A stretch of 64,000 nucleotides of DNA from Patescibacteria group bacterium (GCA_048617235.1 JBMCHT010000003.1:17958-81957), one strand, 5' to 3'; shown: positions 1 to 9,198, numbered from the stretch's first letter. The notes: generated from the letters alone by a model not told the origin. Numbers and translations: made by a program.

Positions 1-65
1 CCAGGACTCGAACCTGGGACCACGGAGGTATAAGCTCCGCGCTCTACCAACTGAGCTACACGCGC
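1..65 (-). tRNA. tRNA-Ile (anticodon UAU), 3' acceptor strand cut off by window edge
   Basis: Reverse complement GCGCGTG-TA-GCTC-AGTTGGTA-GAGC-G-CGGAG-CTTATAC-CTCCG-TGGTC-CCAGG-TTCGAGT-CCTGG; anticodon loop CT-TAT-AC. Confidence 0.9.
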
Positions 66-130
66 TAAACTTAGCTAAATAGAGTGTACTATAAAAAAAC
101 AATTTTAAAAAGACTTGTCTAAAAATTAAA

Positions 131-877
131 TTAAGCTAATTTTAAAGCTTTATTAATTGAATAATCTCCGGCCTGTAGTCTAATTAATCGACTTAAAACA
201 ACCGGCGCTCCTGTTTTAATCTCCATAGACTGAGTTAAACCCCTAACATAAAATCCAGCCGAAGTATTTAAACGAACTTTAAGAAGCGGCCATAAACATT
301 GATTAAATTCTTTCTCTTTTTTTTGCCAAGACAATAATATTTCTGTTTGTCTAAATCCCGGTTTTACTAACTTAATAATCTGTTTTACTTGTTTAAATAA
401 TTCTAAACCACTAATTTGACTTTCTGTTAAAAAATCTAAACTATAAAGACTAACTTCTTTACCTTTTTTGTTACTGCCGGCTAAACGAGGGGAAGAATAT
501 TTTGGATATTCTTGGAAAAAAGAACCAATTAAAGATTTGAGTTTTTCTTTTTCATTTTCTAAAGCAACGGCAATAGTAGAAAAATTATTTAAACAACCCA
601 ATAAATCTCCGGTATCGGTTGAGCAACCAAAAATAAATTCTGCTTCATAAGTTTTATCCAAATTTAAAAACTGTTCCCGTTTTAGATTAGCTCGACCTAC
701 TAAAACCGGCATCACTCCTTCGGCTAAAGGATCCAAGCGACCGGCATAAGATAATTTTTCTTTTTCCAGTTCCGGTTTTAATCGGCGTAATCGTTCCAAA
801 GTCTCCAAAGGAGTTAAGCCTAAAGGTTTATAAACGGCAATTACTTCATCTTTATTACTCTGATAACTGAGAATCAT
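131..877 (-). CDS. truB: TruB-family tRNA pseudouridine synthase (short, no C-terminal PUA domain); start probably MILSY at 877, ORF extends to 940
   Basis: YKPLGLTP...YAGRLDPLAEGV (TruB motif II with catalytic Asp), KTYEA, TDTGD, AGFYVRGL, LIRLQAG. Confidence 0.8.
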   Translation of the reverse strand: MILSYQSNKDEVIAVYKPLGLTPLETLERLRRLKPELEKEKLSYAGRLDPLAEGVMPVLVGRANLKREQFLNLDKTYEAEFIFGCSTDTGDLLGCLNNFSTIAVALENEKEKLKSLIGSFFQEYPKYSSPRLAGSNKKGKEVSLYSLDFLTESQISGLELFKQVKQIIKLVKPGFRQTEILLSWQKKEKEFNQCLWPLLKVRLNTSAGFYVRGLTQSMEIKTGAPVVLSRLIRLQAGDYSINKALKLA

Positions 878-2804
878 CTGCTGGTGAGGTATCATCTTTC
901 TCAATTTGGCTCTCGGGTCTTTTTTTAATGGGAATTTCATAATCGGTTAACAATTTTTCAAACTCTACTCTTTCTATGGTTTCTTTTTCTATTAAGAGAG
1001 AGGACAATTTAGCTAAAGCTTGTTTGTTTTCAATCAAAACTTTTTGAGCTCGTTTTAAGGCTTCTTGCATAATAACGGATACCTCTTCATCCACCAAAGC
1101 TCTGGTAGATTCAGCTGTTAATTTATCTGCCGACATCGCTCCAGTTACCGGATCAGAAACATGCCGAGCCAAATCTATCGGCCCCACTTTTTCACTCATA
1201 CCATAACGAGTTACCATACTACGAGCCAAATTAGTGGATACTTGGATATCATTAGAAGCGCCGGTGGTAATATCTCCGAATATCATTTGTTCGGTGGCAT
1301 AACCGGCCAAAGAAACAGCGATATCGTCCAAAAATTCTTTCTTGGAATTTAACTTTTTATCTTCAAACGGTAATTTTAAAGTATAACCGGCCGCATGACC
1401 GCGAGAAATAATAGATACTTTATGAACCGGATCGGCTGCTGGTAAAACCGAAGCCACCAAAGCATGCCCCATTTCATGGTAAGCGGTGATTTCCTTTTCT
1501 TTTTTGGATAAAATATGGCTTTTACGCTCCGGACCAAGCATTACCTTTTCCACACTGTGATAAAGATCATTTTGAGTAATTTCTTTCCGATTATTCCGAG
1601 CAGCCAAAATAGCAGCTTCATTCATTAAATTAGCCAAATCGGCTCCGGAAAAACCGGGAGTCCGTTCAGCCACTTGGCGTAAATCCACCCCAGCTGTCAA
1701 AGGTTTCTTCCCGGCATGAATCTTTAAAATTTCTTCTCGATCATTAATATCCGGTTGATCTAAAATTATTCGACGATCAAATCTACCCGGTCGCAACAGG
1801 GCCGGGTCTAAAACATCCGGTCGATTAGTGGCTGCCATCACAATCAACTTTTGATTAGGTTCAAACCCGTCCATTTCCACCAAAATCTGATTCAAAGTTT
1901 GTTCTCTTTCATCGTTACCACCACCCATGCCGGATCCTCGATGCCGACCAATGGCATCAATTTCATCTATAAAAATTATAGCCGGAGCCGCTTTTTTAGC
2001 CATTTTAAACAAATCTCTGGTTCGAGAGGCACCCACTCCAACAAACATTTCCACAAATTCCGAACCGGATAAATAAAAGAAAGGCACTCCGGCTTCTCCG
2101 GCTACCGCCCTGGCTAATAATGTTTTTCCGGTTCCCGGAGCCCCCATTAAAAGAACTCCTTTGGGAATTTTAGCTCCGATATCTAAAAACTTTTTCGGAT
2201 TACATAAAAAGTCCACCACTTCCTTCAATTCTTCTTTAGCTTCTTTGACTCCGGCCACATCTTTAAATAAAACTCTTTGATTTTTATCTTTAGGATCAAT
2301 AATTCGGGCTCGCGACTGGCCAAAAGTAAAAGCCTGCATACTGGATCCTTTAATTTGCCGAGTAATAAACCAAATCAAAAGAATTAAAAACAAAAGTGGC
2401 ACCAAAAAAGGTAAAATATTTAGAGCCCAAAAGGCAGCTCCGGTTTGGCCTTGAGGATTAATATTAACCGCCGATAAATCCTCCCCGCTTAAACCAAAGG
2501 CTGATAAACTCTGCAATAGTGATTGATCTGTTTCTTTACGACTAACCAGTTCTTCTTCCGCTGTTGTTGTTATCTCTAATTTATCTCCCCTGATAGTTAT
2601 AGCTTCTACTTGACCGGCAGAAACCAAACCGGCTAATTCGGATAAATTAATTTCTTCCGGCACCTCTCGCTCCATCCAAGAAATATAAATCATGGAGGCA
2701 GCCAACAAAAAAACAACAATCAATAAAATTTGACCACCAAACTGTTGCCATAATTGTTGACTATTGGTTGATTTAATAAATTTTGGTTTTTTCTTTTTTT
2801 TCAT
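855..2804 (-). CDS. ftsH: ATP-dependent zinc metalloprotease FtsH
   Basis: Two N-terminal TMs, Walker A GAPGTGKT, Walker [36 protein letters not shown] zinc motif. Confidence 0.98.
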   Translation of the reverse strand: MKKKKKPKFIKSTNSQQLWQQFGGQILLIVVFLLAASMIYISWMEREVPEEINLSELAGLVSAGQVEAITIRGDKLEITTTAEEELVSRKETDQSLLQSLSAFGLSGEDLSAVNINPQGQTGAAFWALNILPFLVPLLFLILLIWFITRQIKGSSMQAFTFGQSRARIIDPKDKNQRVLFKDVAGVKEAKEELKEVVDFLCNPKKFLDIGAKIPKGVLLMGAPGTGKTLLARAVAGEAGVPFFYLSGSEFVEMFVGVGASRTRDLFKMAKKAAPAIIFIDEIDAIGRHRGSGMGGGNDEREQTLNQILVEMDGFEPNQKLIVMAATNRPDVLDPALLRPGRFDRRIILDQPDINDREEILKIHAGKKPLTAGVDLRQVAERTPGFSGADLANLMNEAAILAARNNRKEITQNDLYHSVEKVMLGPERKSHILSKKEKEITAYHEMGHALVASVLPAADPVHKVSIISRGHAAGYTLKLPFEDKKLNSKKEFLDDIAVSLAGYATEQMIFGDITTGASNDIQVSTNLARSMVTRYGMSEKVGPIDLARHVSDPVTGAMSADKLTAESTRALVDEEVSVIMQEALKRAQKVLIENKQALAKLSSLLIEKETIERVEFEKLLTDYEIPIKKRPESQIEKDDTSPADDSQLSE

Positions 2805-2851
2805 AATCTATAAAAGCTTGGTTTAATAAAAGATTTTGGCAAAATAGAAAT

Positions 2852-2905
2852 CCGGCATTCGAGCCGGTTTTTGTTTAAATTAAACCGTAAACCGGTAAAA
2901 GTCAA
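2852..2905 (-). promoter_or_regulatory. sigma70-type promoter with 5' hairpin upstream of ftsH
   Basis: TTGACT-N17-TAATTT on minus strand, followed by CCGGC-TCGAAT-GCCGG stem-loop. Confidence 0.5.
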
Positions 2906-2908
2906 TTA

Positions 2909-3031
2909 CTATTCTTCGATTTCTGTTTTTTCTTTATCTTGAGAACCAAAACGAAAAGAATGAACAACAAAAACCAAAGCGGTTATCAGTAAAACAAAAG
3001 AGATAATTATTAAAAGCCAAGTAATCAACAT
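2909..3031 (-). CDS. 40-aa single-TM small protein (below ORF track cut-off)
   Basis: Manual translation MLITWLLIIISFVLLITALVFVVHSFRFGSQDKEKTEIEE*; hydrophobic N-terminus and charged tail; TGTTATAAT extended -10 a few nt upstream. Confidence 0.55.
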   Translation of the reverse strand: MLITWLLIIISFVLLITALVFVVHSFRFGSQDKEKTEIEE

Positions 3032-3064
3032 GAGGCTATTATAACAAAAAAAGAAACAAAAATT

Positions 3065-3100
3065 AACCCCGTTGGTTGACTGAAAACAACCGACGGGGTT
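3065..3100 (-). terminator. intrinsic terminator of the 3111-3377 gene
   Basis: AACCCCGTCGGTTG/CAACCAACGGGGTT stem followed by U-rich tract on minus strand. Confidence 0.75.
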
Positions 3101-3110
3101 TTCCGACTCC

Positions 3111-3377
3111 TTATTCTTCGAAAAGAATGGAGTCGGGAGAGTTTAACTGAAATACCTTAGCCCAAACGGAGCCAAGGACTTGAGTCTTGGCCGGTCCGAA
3201 AACCAACCGGCCGGAGACCTCTCTTTTCCACATCCCCCTACTAACCACAGCAAAGCCATGGTCAGTCAACCAGTTGACCACCTCCTCTTCTGAGGAGAAG
3301 AGGCCAACGATCAACCTTTTAACCGGTCTCTCACCAACCCCTCCGCCTACAAACCCCAGTAAAAAAACACCAAACAC
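3111..3377 (-). CDS. hypothetical protein (about 88 aa), GTG start after a very strong SD
   Basis: AGAAAGGAGGTGAT SD with GGAGG 8 nt before GTG at 3377; own promoter TTGACT-N17-TATTAT near 3417-3445; own terminator. Confidence 0.65.
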   Translation of the reverse strand: MFGVFLLGFVGGGVGERPVKRLIVGLFSSEEEVVNWLTDHGFAVVSRGMWKREVSGRLVFGPAKTQVLGSVWAKVFQLNSPDSILFEE

Positions 3378-3555
3378 TATAATCACCTCCTTTCTGGATC
3401 AGTGTTAACTAATCAGATAATATAATAAAATAATGTTTTAGTCAAATTTGATGAAGACTACAGAACGATTTCAGAACGAGGAAGTGGGTGGAATGCTTTA
3501 AGTATCCAGCGTTTACGCTTAATCAAATTGAGGTATTTTTACTTAGAATATAAAA

Positions 3556-3583
3556 AGAGCCGCCATCTCAAGATGACGGCTCT
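3556..3583 (-). terminator. intrinsic terminator of pyrF-pyrE
   Basis: AGAGCCGTCATC/GATGGCGGCTCT stem then TTTT on minus strand. Confidence 0.75.
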
Positions 3584-3598
3584 GGGTAGAGTCGCTCT

Positions 3599-4228
3599 TT
3601 ACTTCCGCGCAAGGAACTCGCGCCCCTTGCCGACATCAATGTTGATCGGAACGTCTTGCTCGCAAAGCGGACAAGTTGCCTCGTCGTATGCGTCGAACTC
3701 CACGTTCACGAGAGCGGTGAGCTTCGAAACATCGGCCACGTCTTGTGGCCTAATTCCTCCACGGTTGCAGAGGACGCCGAGACCGATGACGTTGCCACCG
3801 ATTTCTCGCGTAGCTTCAATCACCTTTTTGGCGGAGCCACCGGTAGTGAGAACATCCTCTACAACCAGAACGTTCTTGCCGGCAACAATCTTGTCGTAGC
3901 CTCGTTTGATGATGAAGTCTCCTCTGCCCTCAGACTTCTCGGCGTAAACCCCAAGCACCTCGTGAGCCTTCATCTCTGAGAGATGATACGCCGTCCACTG
4001 GGAGAGAATCACGCCGCCGATTGCCGGAGCGATGACGACCTCCACATTGTCGTCCGTGAACCGTTCAGCAATTGAAAGGCAGAGGCGTGACGTTTCCGCG
4101 GTGTGCGGATAAACCGCATCCTTGTTGACATACGCCGTGCCATGTTTACCGGACGTGTAGACTATGTGGCTATCGGTGATGACTGCACCGACCTTGCCTA
4201 GGATTTGCAGGACATCTTGCTCGTTCAT
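3599..4228 (-). CDS. pyrE: orotate phosphoribosyltransferase
   Basis: HIVYTSGKH, PRPP-binding VLVVEDVLTTGGS; ATGA overlap with pyrF stop. Confidence 0.92.
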   Translation of the reverse strand: MNEQDVLQILGKVGAVITDSHIVYTSGKHGTAYVNKDAVYPHTAETSRLCLSIAERFTDDNVEVVIAPAIGGVILSQWTAYHLSEMKAHEVLGVYAEKSEGRGDFIIKRGYDKIVAGKNVLVVEDVLTTGGSAKKVIEATREIGGNVIGLGVLCNRGGIRPQDVADVSKLTALVNVEFDAYDEATCPLCEQDVPINIDVGKGREFLARK

Positions 4229-4929
4229 ACCACCACCTCCATAGCGTTCGGAGAAATCTCCTCCTCGATCTGACAGAGCGCATCCACCGGATCAGTTGCC
4301 TGCGTGATTTGCCGTCCGACAACGAGATGAGTTGAGCCGGAAGCGATCGCGCCCGCCGGTGTATCCACTCGTTTTTGATCATCGGTTGCCTTGCCTGGAG
4401 AACGAACACCCGGCGTGATGAACTTCAGTCCCTGAAGTTCGGACCTCTTGGCGAGAATCCCGACCTCTTTGGGCGAACACACGATGCCGTGAACGCCCGC
4501 GAGTTTCGCGAGACGTGCGAGGTAAAGCACTTCTGCCTTGGACGGTTGTCCATGCAAAAGGTGCGCCTGTTCCTCGCCAAGCGAAGTGAGAACCGTGATT
4601 GCGTAGATCTCCGACGGTCCCGCTTCCACCGCAGCCATCATCATTTCGATCTCGCCAGAGGCGTGAACGGTGAGAATATCGGCTCCGGATTCGGCGATTG
4701 CCTTCGCACGGAGCTTAACGGTGTTCGGAATGTCGTGAAGCTTGGCGTCCACCCAGATGCGACGGGCGCCTGCGTCCCGAAGTCGTTGAACGACATCAGG
4801 TCCTTGCTGATCGAACACGTTGTGAATCTTGATGGCATAAACCCAATCACCAACCTTGGAGGCAAGCTCCAAGCACTGATCGAGGCTCAGCTCATCGACC
4901 GCCAGAACGATACGATTTGAGTCAGACAT
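4225..4929 (-). CDS. pyrF: orotidine-5'-phosphate decarboxylase
   Basis: DAKLHDIPNT catalytic motif, LTVHASG, TVLTS, TPGVR, DDQKR, VVGRQIT. Confidence 0.96.
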   Translation of the reverse strand: MSDSNRIVLAVDELSLDQCLELASKVGDWVYAIKIHNVFDQQGPDVVQRLRDAGARRIWVDAKLHDIPNTVKLRAKAIAESGADILTVHASGEIEMMMAAVEAGPSEIYAITVLTSLGEEQAHLLHGQPSKAEVLYLARLAKLAGVHGIVCSPKEVGILAKRSELQGLKFITPGVRSPGKATDDQKRVDTPAGAIASGSTHLVVGRQITQATDPVDALCQIEEEISPNAMEVVV

Positions 4930-5057
4930 AGTAGAGTCTCCTTTCTTGGTTGTGTCAATTTAAGCTCAACAATAAAGCTTAATCCAAGGTCACATTAACA
5001 CATCAGTTAAAAAAAACAATTCAATTCGATTCTTGTCATCTCTTGCAACCAAAACAC

Positions 5058-5088
5058 AAAACAGCCCCAATGTTTACGGGCTGTTTTT
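5058..5088 (-). terminator. terminator downstream of tmRNA
   Basis: AAAACAGCCC...GGGCTGTTTT inverted repeat just after the ssrA 3' end. Confidence 0.7.
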
Positions 5089-5102
5089 TAGTAAATACGA
5101 TG

Positions 5103-5483
5103 TGGAGATGGCGGGAATCGAACCCGCGTCTGGTAAAGATTTAACAATTTCTCTACAGGTATAGTCTGTTTACAAGTTTTAAATCTAAACGGTTATTAAC
5201 AAACAAAATCCATTCAGATCGAGTTCCTTAATCTTAAACGTTAAGCAGAACCAATTAACGCTCCAGTTCGGTTTATATGACACCCATCAGATCCGGCCGA
5301 ACTCCTGATCAGATAGACGCCGGCTTAGGCTAAAGCGTAGGCCGGAGTAAAATACGGTGAAACCACCGATTTTACCTTTTGAGATAAGTTTGCACTTATA
5401 CAGTGTGTCGGAGTTTTTCGAGTTATCCGACATTCTCGACCTGCCAATTGCTAAAATCTACACCATCAAGGCCGATCATCCCC
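5103..5483 (-). ncRNA. ssrA: tmRNA; encoded tag ANLSQKVKSVVSPYFTPAYALA* at 5393-5325
   Basis: 5' GGGGATG pairs with 3' CATCTCC-A (G3-U pair), T-arm GCGGG-TTCGATT-CCCGC, resume context ATAAGT-GCA, tag ends YALA; lies 5 nt after smpB. Confidence 0.95.
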
Positions 5484-5488
5484 ATTAA

Positions 5489-5935
5489 TTATTTATATCT
5501 ATTTTTCAAAGTTCGACTAATTTCTCTTTGGGCTTCGCGTTTTTTAATCACTTCTCGTTTATCATGTTCTTTTTTACCACGAGCCACCGCCAATTCCAAT
5601 TTCAACCACCTACCCGAATTATACAGCTTAAGTGGGATTGCTGTCAATCCCGGTCGAGATAAGTGTCCTATTAATTCTTTTATTTCCGCTTTTTGTAAAA
5701 GTAATTTCCGATCTCGAGCCGGATCATATTCTAAAGTATTATTATTCGGCTGGTAAGCCGGAACCTGAGCCCCGATTAAAAACGGTTGTCCGGCTTTAAT
5801 GGTAATATAAGAACCGGCTAGAGAACCATGTCCTTGGCGAATAGATTTAACCTCTTGACCGGTCAATTCCAAACCGGCCCGGTATTTCTCTAACGGTTCA
5901 TAATTAAACAAAGCCTTTTTATTAACAATTGCCAT
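5489..5935 (-). CDS. smpB: SsrA-binding protein SmpB (start MAIVNKK)
   Basis: NKKALFNY, AGLELTGQEVKSIR, RKLLL, ARGKKEHDKRE; adjacent to ssrA. Confidence 0.97.
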   Translation of the reverse strand: MAIVNKKALFNYEPLEKYRAGLELTGQEVKSIRQGHGSLAGSYITIKAGQPFLIGAQVPAYQPNNNTLEYDPARDRKLLLQKAEIKELIGHLSRPGLTAIPLKLYNSGRWLKLELAVARGKKEHDKREVIKKREAQREISRTLKNRYK

Positions 5936-5986
5936 AATGTTTAAGTGTAACAAAAGTCAGCTAAAACGGAAATCTAAATATTGGGG

Positions 5987-6039
5987 TTGACCTTTGAGTT
6001 GAAATCAGTTACCATTTAACCACTTGCCACTTTAGTGGC
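5987..6039 (+). promoter_or_regulatory. infC-rpmI-rplT promoter with 5' hairpin
   Basis: TTGACC-N17-TACCAT then GCCACT-TT-AGTGGC. Confidence 0.6.
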
Positions 6040-6048
6040 CGGTTTTAA

Positions 6049-6588
6049 TTGAACTTAATATATAACATATATTTGAAGCCTCAAATTCGTATAAACAATC
6101 AAATAAATTCACCGGAACTTAGGGTTATTGACGATAAAGCCGGCAATTTGGGAGTCTTATCTTTAACTCAAGCTTTGAAGTTAGCTGAGGATAAGGGTTT
6201 GGATTTAATCGAAATCTCTCCCACAGCCACTCCACCGGTAGCTAAAATAATGGATTTTGGCAAATGGCAATACGAAGAAAAAAGAAAACTCAAACAAAGT
6301 AAAGCCAAAAGCCAAACCACTGAAACCAAATCTTTACAAATAAAGATTGCTACCGGAGAAAACGATTTGAAGTTAAAAGCCAATAAAGCCGGTAAATTTT
6401 TACGAGCGGGGCATCGAGTAAAATTGGAATTGTTTTTACCCGGTCGCACCAAGTATATGGATAAAAACTTTCTACACGAACGTTTAAATAAGTTTTTGGA
6501 AATGGTTCCCGAAGAATATAAATTAGCCGAACCAATAAAAAAGAATCCCAAAGGACTTTACCTAATAATAGAAAAAGCTAAAAAATAA
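6049..6588 (+). CDS. infC: translation initiation factor IF-3 (non-AUG start, exact codon uncertain)
   Basis: RINNQI, LDLIEISP, PPVAKIMDFGK; no in-frame ATG before the conserved N-terminus. Confidence 0.95.
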   Translation: MNLIYNIYLKPQIRINNQINSPELRVIDDKAGNLGVLSLTQALKLAEDKGLDLIEISPTATPPVAKIMDFGKWQYEEKRKLKQSKAKSQTTETKSLQIKIATGENDLKLKANKAGKFLRAGHRVKLELFLPGRTKYMDKNFLHERLNKFLEMVPEEYKLAEPIKKNPKGLYLIIEKAKK

Positions 6589-6590
6589 TT

Positions 6591-6785
6591 ATGAAAACCA
6601 ATAAATCATATACCAAAAGATTGAAAGTAACCAAAAATGGTAAAGTTTTGGCTCGCCGACCGAACCAGAACCACTTTCGTGCCAAGAAAGATCGTCAAAC
6701 CAAGCTGGAATTAAAAAAACACCGAGTGCTTAGTTTGTCTCAGAAAATAATTAGACGCTTTTTACCCGGTCATAATGCTAAATAA
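6591..6785 (+). CDS. rpmI: 50S ribosomal protein L35
   Basis: MKTNKSYTKRLKVTKNGK; position in infC-rpmI-rplT. Confidence 0.93.
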   Translation: MKTNKSYTKRLKVTKNGKVLARRPNQNHFRAKKDRQTKLELKKHRVLSLSQKIIRRFLPGHNAK

Positions 6786-6796
6786 TAATAAATATC

Positions 6797-7144
6797 ATGC
6801 CTAGAGTAAAACGAGGAGTAATTTCCAACAAAAGAAGAAGAAACACCCTAGCCCAAGCCAAAGGTTACCGTTTTGGTCGCAGTAAAAAAGAACGCCCAGC
6901 CAAAGAAGCTATTTTACATGCCGGCTCACATGCTCTGGCTCATCGCCGAGACAAGAAAAACGACTTCCGTCGTCTATGGCAAATTCAAATCAATGCCGCT
7001 ATTCGACCTTTGGGCTTATCCTACAGTCGCTTTCTGGATCTTTTAACTAAAAAACAAATAGGCCTTAATCGAAAAATGTTGGCTAATTTAGCTCAAACAG
7101 ACAGCGATACTTTTGCTAAAGTGGTCAGTGAAGCTCAAAAATAG
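6797..7144 (+). CDS. rplT: 50S ribosomal protein L20
   Basis: MPRVKRG, AKGYRFGRS, FRRLWQIQINAA, LNRKMLA. Confidence 0.98.
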   Translation: MPRVKRGVISNKRRRNTLAQAKGYRFGRSKKERPAKEAILHAGSHALAHRRDKKNDFRRLWQIQINAAIRPLGLSYSRFLDLLTKKQIGLNRKMLANLAQTDSDTFAKVVSEAQK

Positions 7145-7147
7145 TTT

Positions 7148-8518
7148 TTAATCTAAAATCACCTTTTGTCCCGGATCGGGAGCTATAGCCTTAATTCCGA
7201 GATAATCGTTAATTCTCTGAGCTAAAGCCCAAGAAGATTTTGGCTCCCCCATAACCGTAAAAACAGTTTGGAGACTTTCAGTGGCCTCAGCTACTAAATT
7301 TAATAAACCGGCCGAATCGGCATGGGCTGAATAACCTGAAATAGTTTCTATTCTAGCCGCTACCGGCACTTCAGTACCTAAAATTTTAACCACCTTGACT
7401 CCATCTTGTAAAACTCTCCCTAAACTGCCGGCCGCTTGGTAACCAACCAAAAGCAGGGTATTTTTTTTATCCGGTAAAAACATTTTTTCATGATGAATAA
7501 TCCGACCACCATTGGACATACCGGAGCCGGCAATAATAATTTTACGAGCCGGAGCCGAAGCAATCGCTTTAGATTCATCAGTAGTCTTAGTTAAATGTAA
7601 TTGCGGAAAATGAAAAATATTTCTTTCAGTGGCCAGATCCTCAACTGATTCTTTTAAATAATTTTTATAACGACGATAAACTTCAGTCACCGCTATGGCC
7701 AACGGTGAATCCAAAAAAACCGGCACCAAAGGAATCTCCGACCGAGCCATTAAGCCGGAGATTTCAAAAAGTAATTGTTGTGTTCTTTCAATTGAAAAAG
7801 CCGGAATCATTAAAGTCCCCCCTTGATTTAAAGTTTCTTTAATTATTCTTTGTAAATGCTCTCGTCTATGTTGACGATCTTCATGTTCCCTGTCTCCATA
7901 AACACTTTCCATTATTAGATAATCAGCACCAACAACTGAATCGACATCCCCCAATAAAGGCGCCGGTGAGCTACCTAAATCTCCGGTAAAAAATATTCGA
8001 CGCTCAAAGCCTTCTATGGCAAAAATACTAGAACCCAAGATATGCCCGGCATTTTTTTGCTCCACTTCCAAACTGCCAATGGTAAATTTTTCATAATAGT
8101 CTTTGGTTTGCCATAAAGACATAGTTTGTTCCACATCCGCCAAAGAATAAAAAGGATCTTGACCGGTTCGTTTGGCTTCTTTAGACATCACCCCAATACT
8201 GTCTGTCATTATTAATTCGGCAATATCCTTAGTTGGCGGAGTAGATATAATTTGTCCTCGAAAACCATCTTTAACCAATTTGGGAATTCGGCCAACATGA
8301 TCCAAATGACCATGAGTGATTAATAAAAAATCTATAGTGGACGGATCATAAGGAAAATCTGCTCGGTTATCTTCTTCACAAACCTTGCCCCCTTGAAACA
8401 AACCACAGTCCACCAAAACCCGTAGCCCCTCCGGGCTTTCCAATAAAAAATTAGCCCCGGTTACCGAACCGACTCCGCCGTGAAAAGTTAAGGAAAATTT
8501 TTGCTTAGTGTTTTTCAT
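7148..8518 (-). CDS. MBL-fold beta-CASP ribonuclease (start MKNTKQ)
   Basis: VTGANFLL, DCGLFQG, THGHLDH, AGHILGS, MESVYGDREH, AGSGMSNGGRI, YSAHAD. Confidence 0.92.
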   Translation of the reverse strand: MKNTKQKFSLTFHGGVGSVTGANFLLESPEGLRVLVDCGLFQGGKVCEEDNRADFPYDPSTIDFLLITHGHLDHVGRIPKLVKDGFRGQIISTPPTKDIAELIMTDSIGVMSKEAKRTGQDPFYSLADVEQTMSLWQTKDYYEKFTIGSLEVEQKNAGHILGSSIFAIEGFERRIFFTGDLGSSPAPLLGDVDSVVGADYLIMESVYGDREHEDRQHRREHLQRIIKETLNQGGTLMIPAFSIERTQQLLFEISGLMARSEIPLVPVFLDSPLAIAVTEVYRRYKNYLKESVEDLATERNIFHFPQLHLTKTTDESKAIASAPARKIIIAGSGMSNGGRIIHHEKMFLPDKKNTLLLVGYQAAGSLGRVLQDGVKVVKILGTEVPVAARIETISGYSAHADSAGLLNLVAEATESLQTVFTVMGEPKSSWALAQRINDYLGIKAIAPDPGQKVILD

Positions 8519-8957
8519 TTTTAGCCGGTTGTTTATAAATATTAAAAGGGGTATACCAAAAAGCCAAGCCAGCAACCAAACCACCAACCGTATCCATAAA
8601 AAGATCGGTCACGGTATCCAACCAGCCCACTTGCAAAGTTTCCAGGGTTTTAAAAACAGGATAACCGGGCCAGATCTTATAGGCTCCGAATTCAAATAAC
8701 TCCCACAAGCCACCGATAAAAAAAGAAAAACCAACGGCTATTAACATTACAATTAAAAATTTAGGATAAACTTTATGGATATCAAAATAAAAAGATAAAA
8801 CGGCTGTAGCTACAGTCGCTCCGGCTATTAAATGGACTATTAAATCAAACCACCACCAACGCCAATATAAATAATATTCAAAAGCAAAATAATTAAGACC
8901 GGCCACCAATACCAGACCTAATAACACTCCCCACCAAACCGGTCTTTTAAATGTCAT
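8505..8957 (-). CDS. 4-TM membrane protein (VanZ/DUF2238-like motifs)
   Basis: WWFDLIVHLIAG, GGLWELFEF, DTVTDLFMD pattern; hydrophobic segments. Confidence 0.7.
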   Translation of the reverse strand: MTFKRPVWWGVLLGLVLVAGLNYFAFEYYLYWRWWWFDLIVHLIAGATVATAVLSFYFDIHKVYPKFLIVMLIAVGFSFFIGGLWELFEFGAYKIWPGYPVFKTLETLQVGWLDTVTDLFMDTVGGLVAGLAFWYTPFNIYKQPAKNEKH

Positions 8958-9050
8958 TAAAAGTATTTTAGACTATTAAATTATCTATCGCAAACAAATA
9001 ATCACCCAAGATCCGGGTATTTCAAACCAAATCAAGGATGATCATTTAAA

Positions 9051-9170
9051 GACTGCTTGGGATACTACCCTAGGATAAATCCAAGTGGGTGTCCGCAACC
9101 TTAAACCACGGCTTAAAGTAATATAGGACTCCCTAAGGGTAAAAACGATCTAGATAATATCCAAGCAGTC
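9051..9170 (-). ncRNA. ssrS: compact 6S-like RNA
   Basis: About 120-nt rod: terminal GACUGCUUGG/CCAAGCAGUC stem, central bubble, GGGAGUCC/GGACACCC helix, apical CUUUAAGCC/GGUUUAAGG stem; TG-TATAAT -10 at 9178-9183 places +1 at the 5' end of the stem. Confidence 0.7.
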
Positions 9171-9198
9171 CATCTCCATTATACACCAAAAAAAATAT

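Noticed and set aside
3528-4920. Overlapping ORFs on the plus strand and alternative frames across pyrE-pyrF
   Set aside because: Shadow ORFs expected in GC-rich DNA; the minus-strand genes have clear enzyme motifs.
3447-5103. Integrative element or prophage at ssrA
   Set aside because: No integrase, no duplicated ssrA 3' end and no phage genes; only the compositional anomaly is reported.
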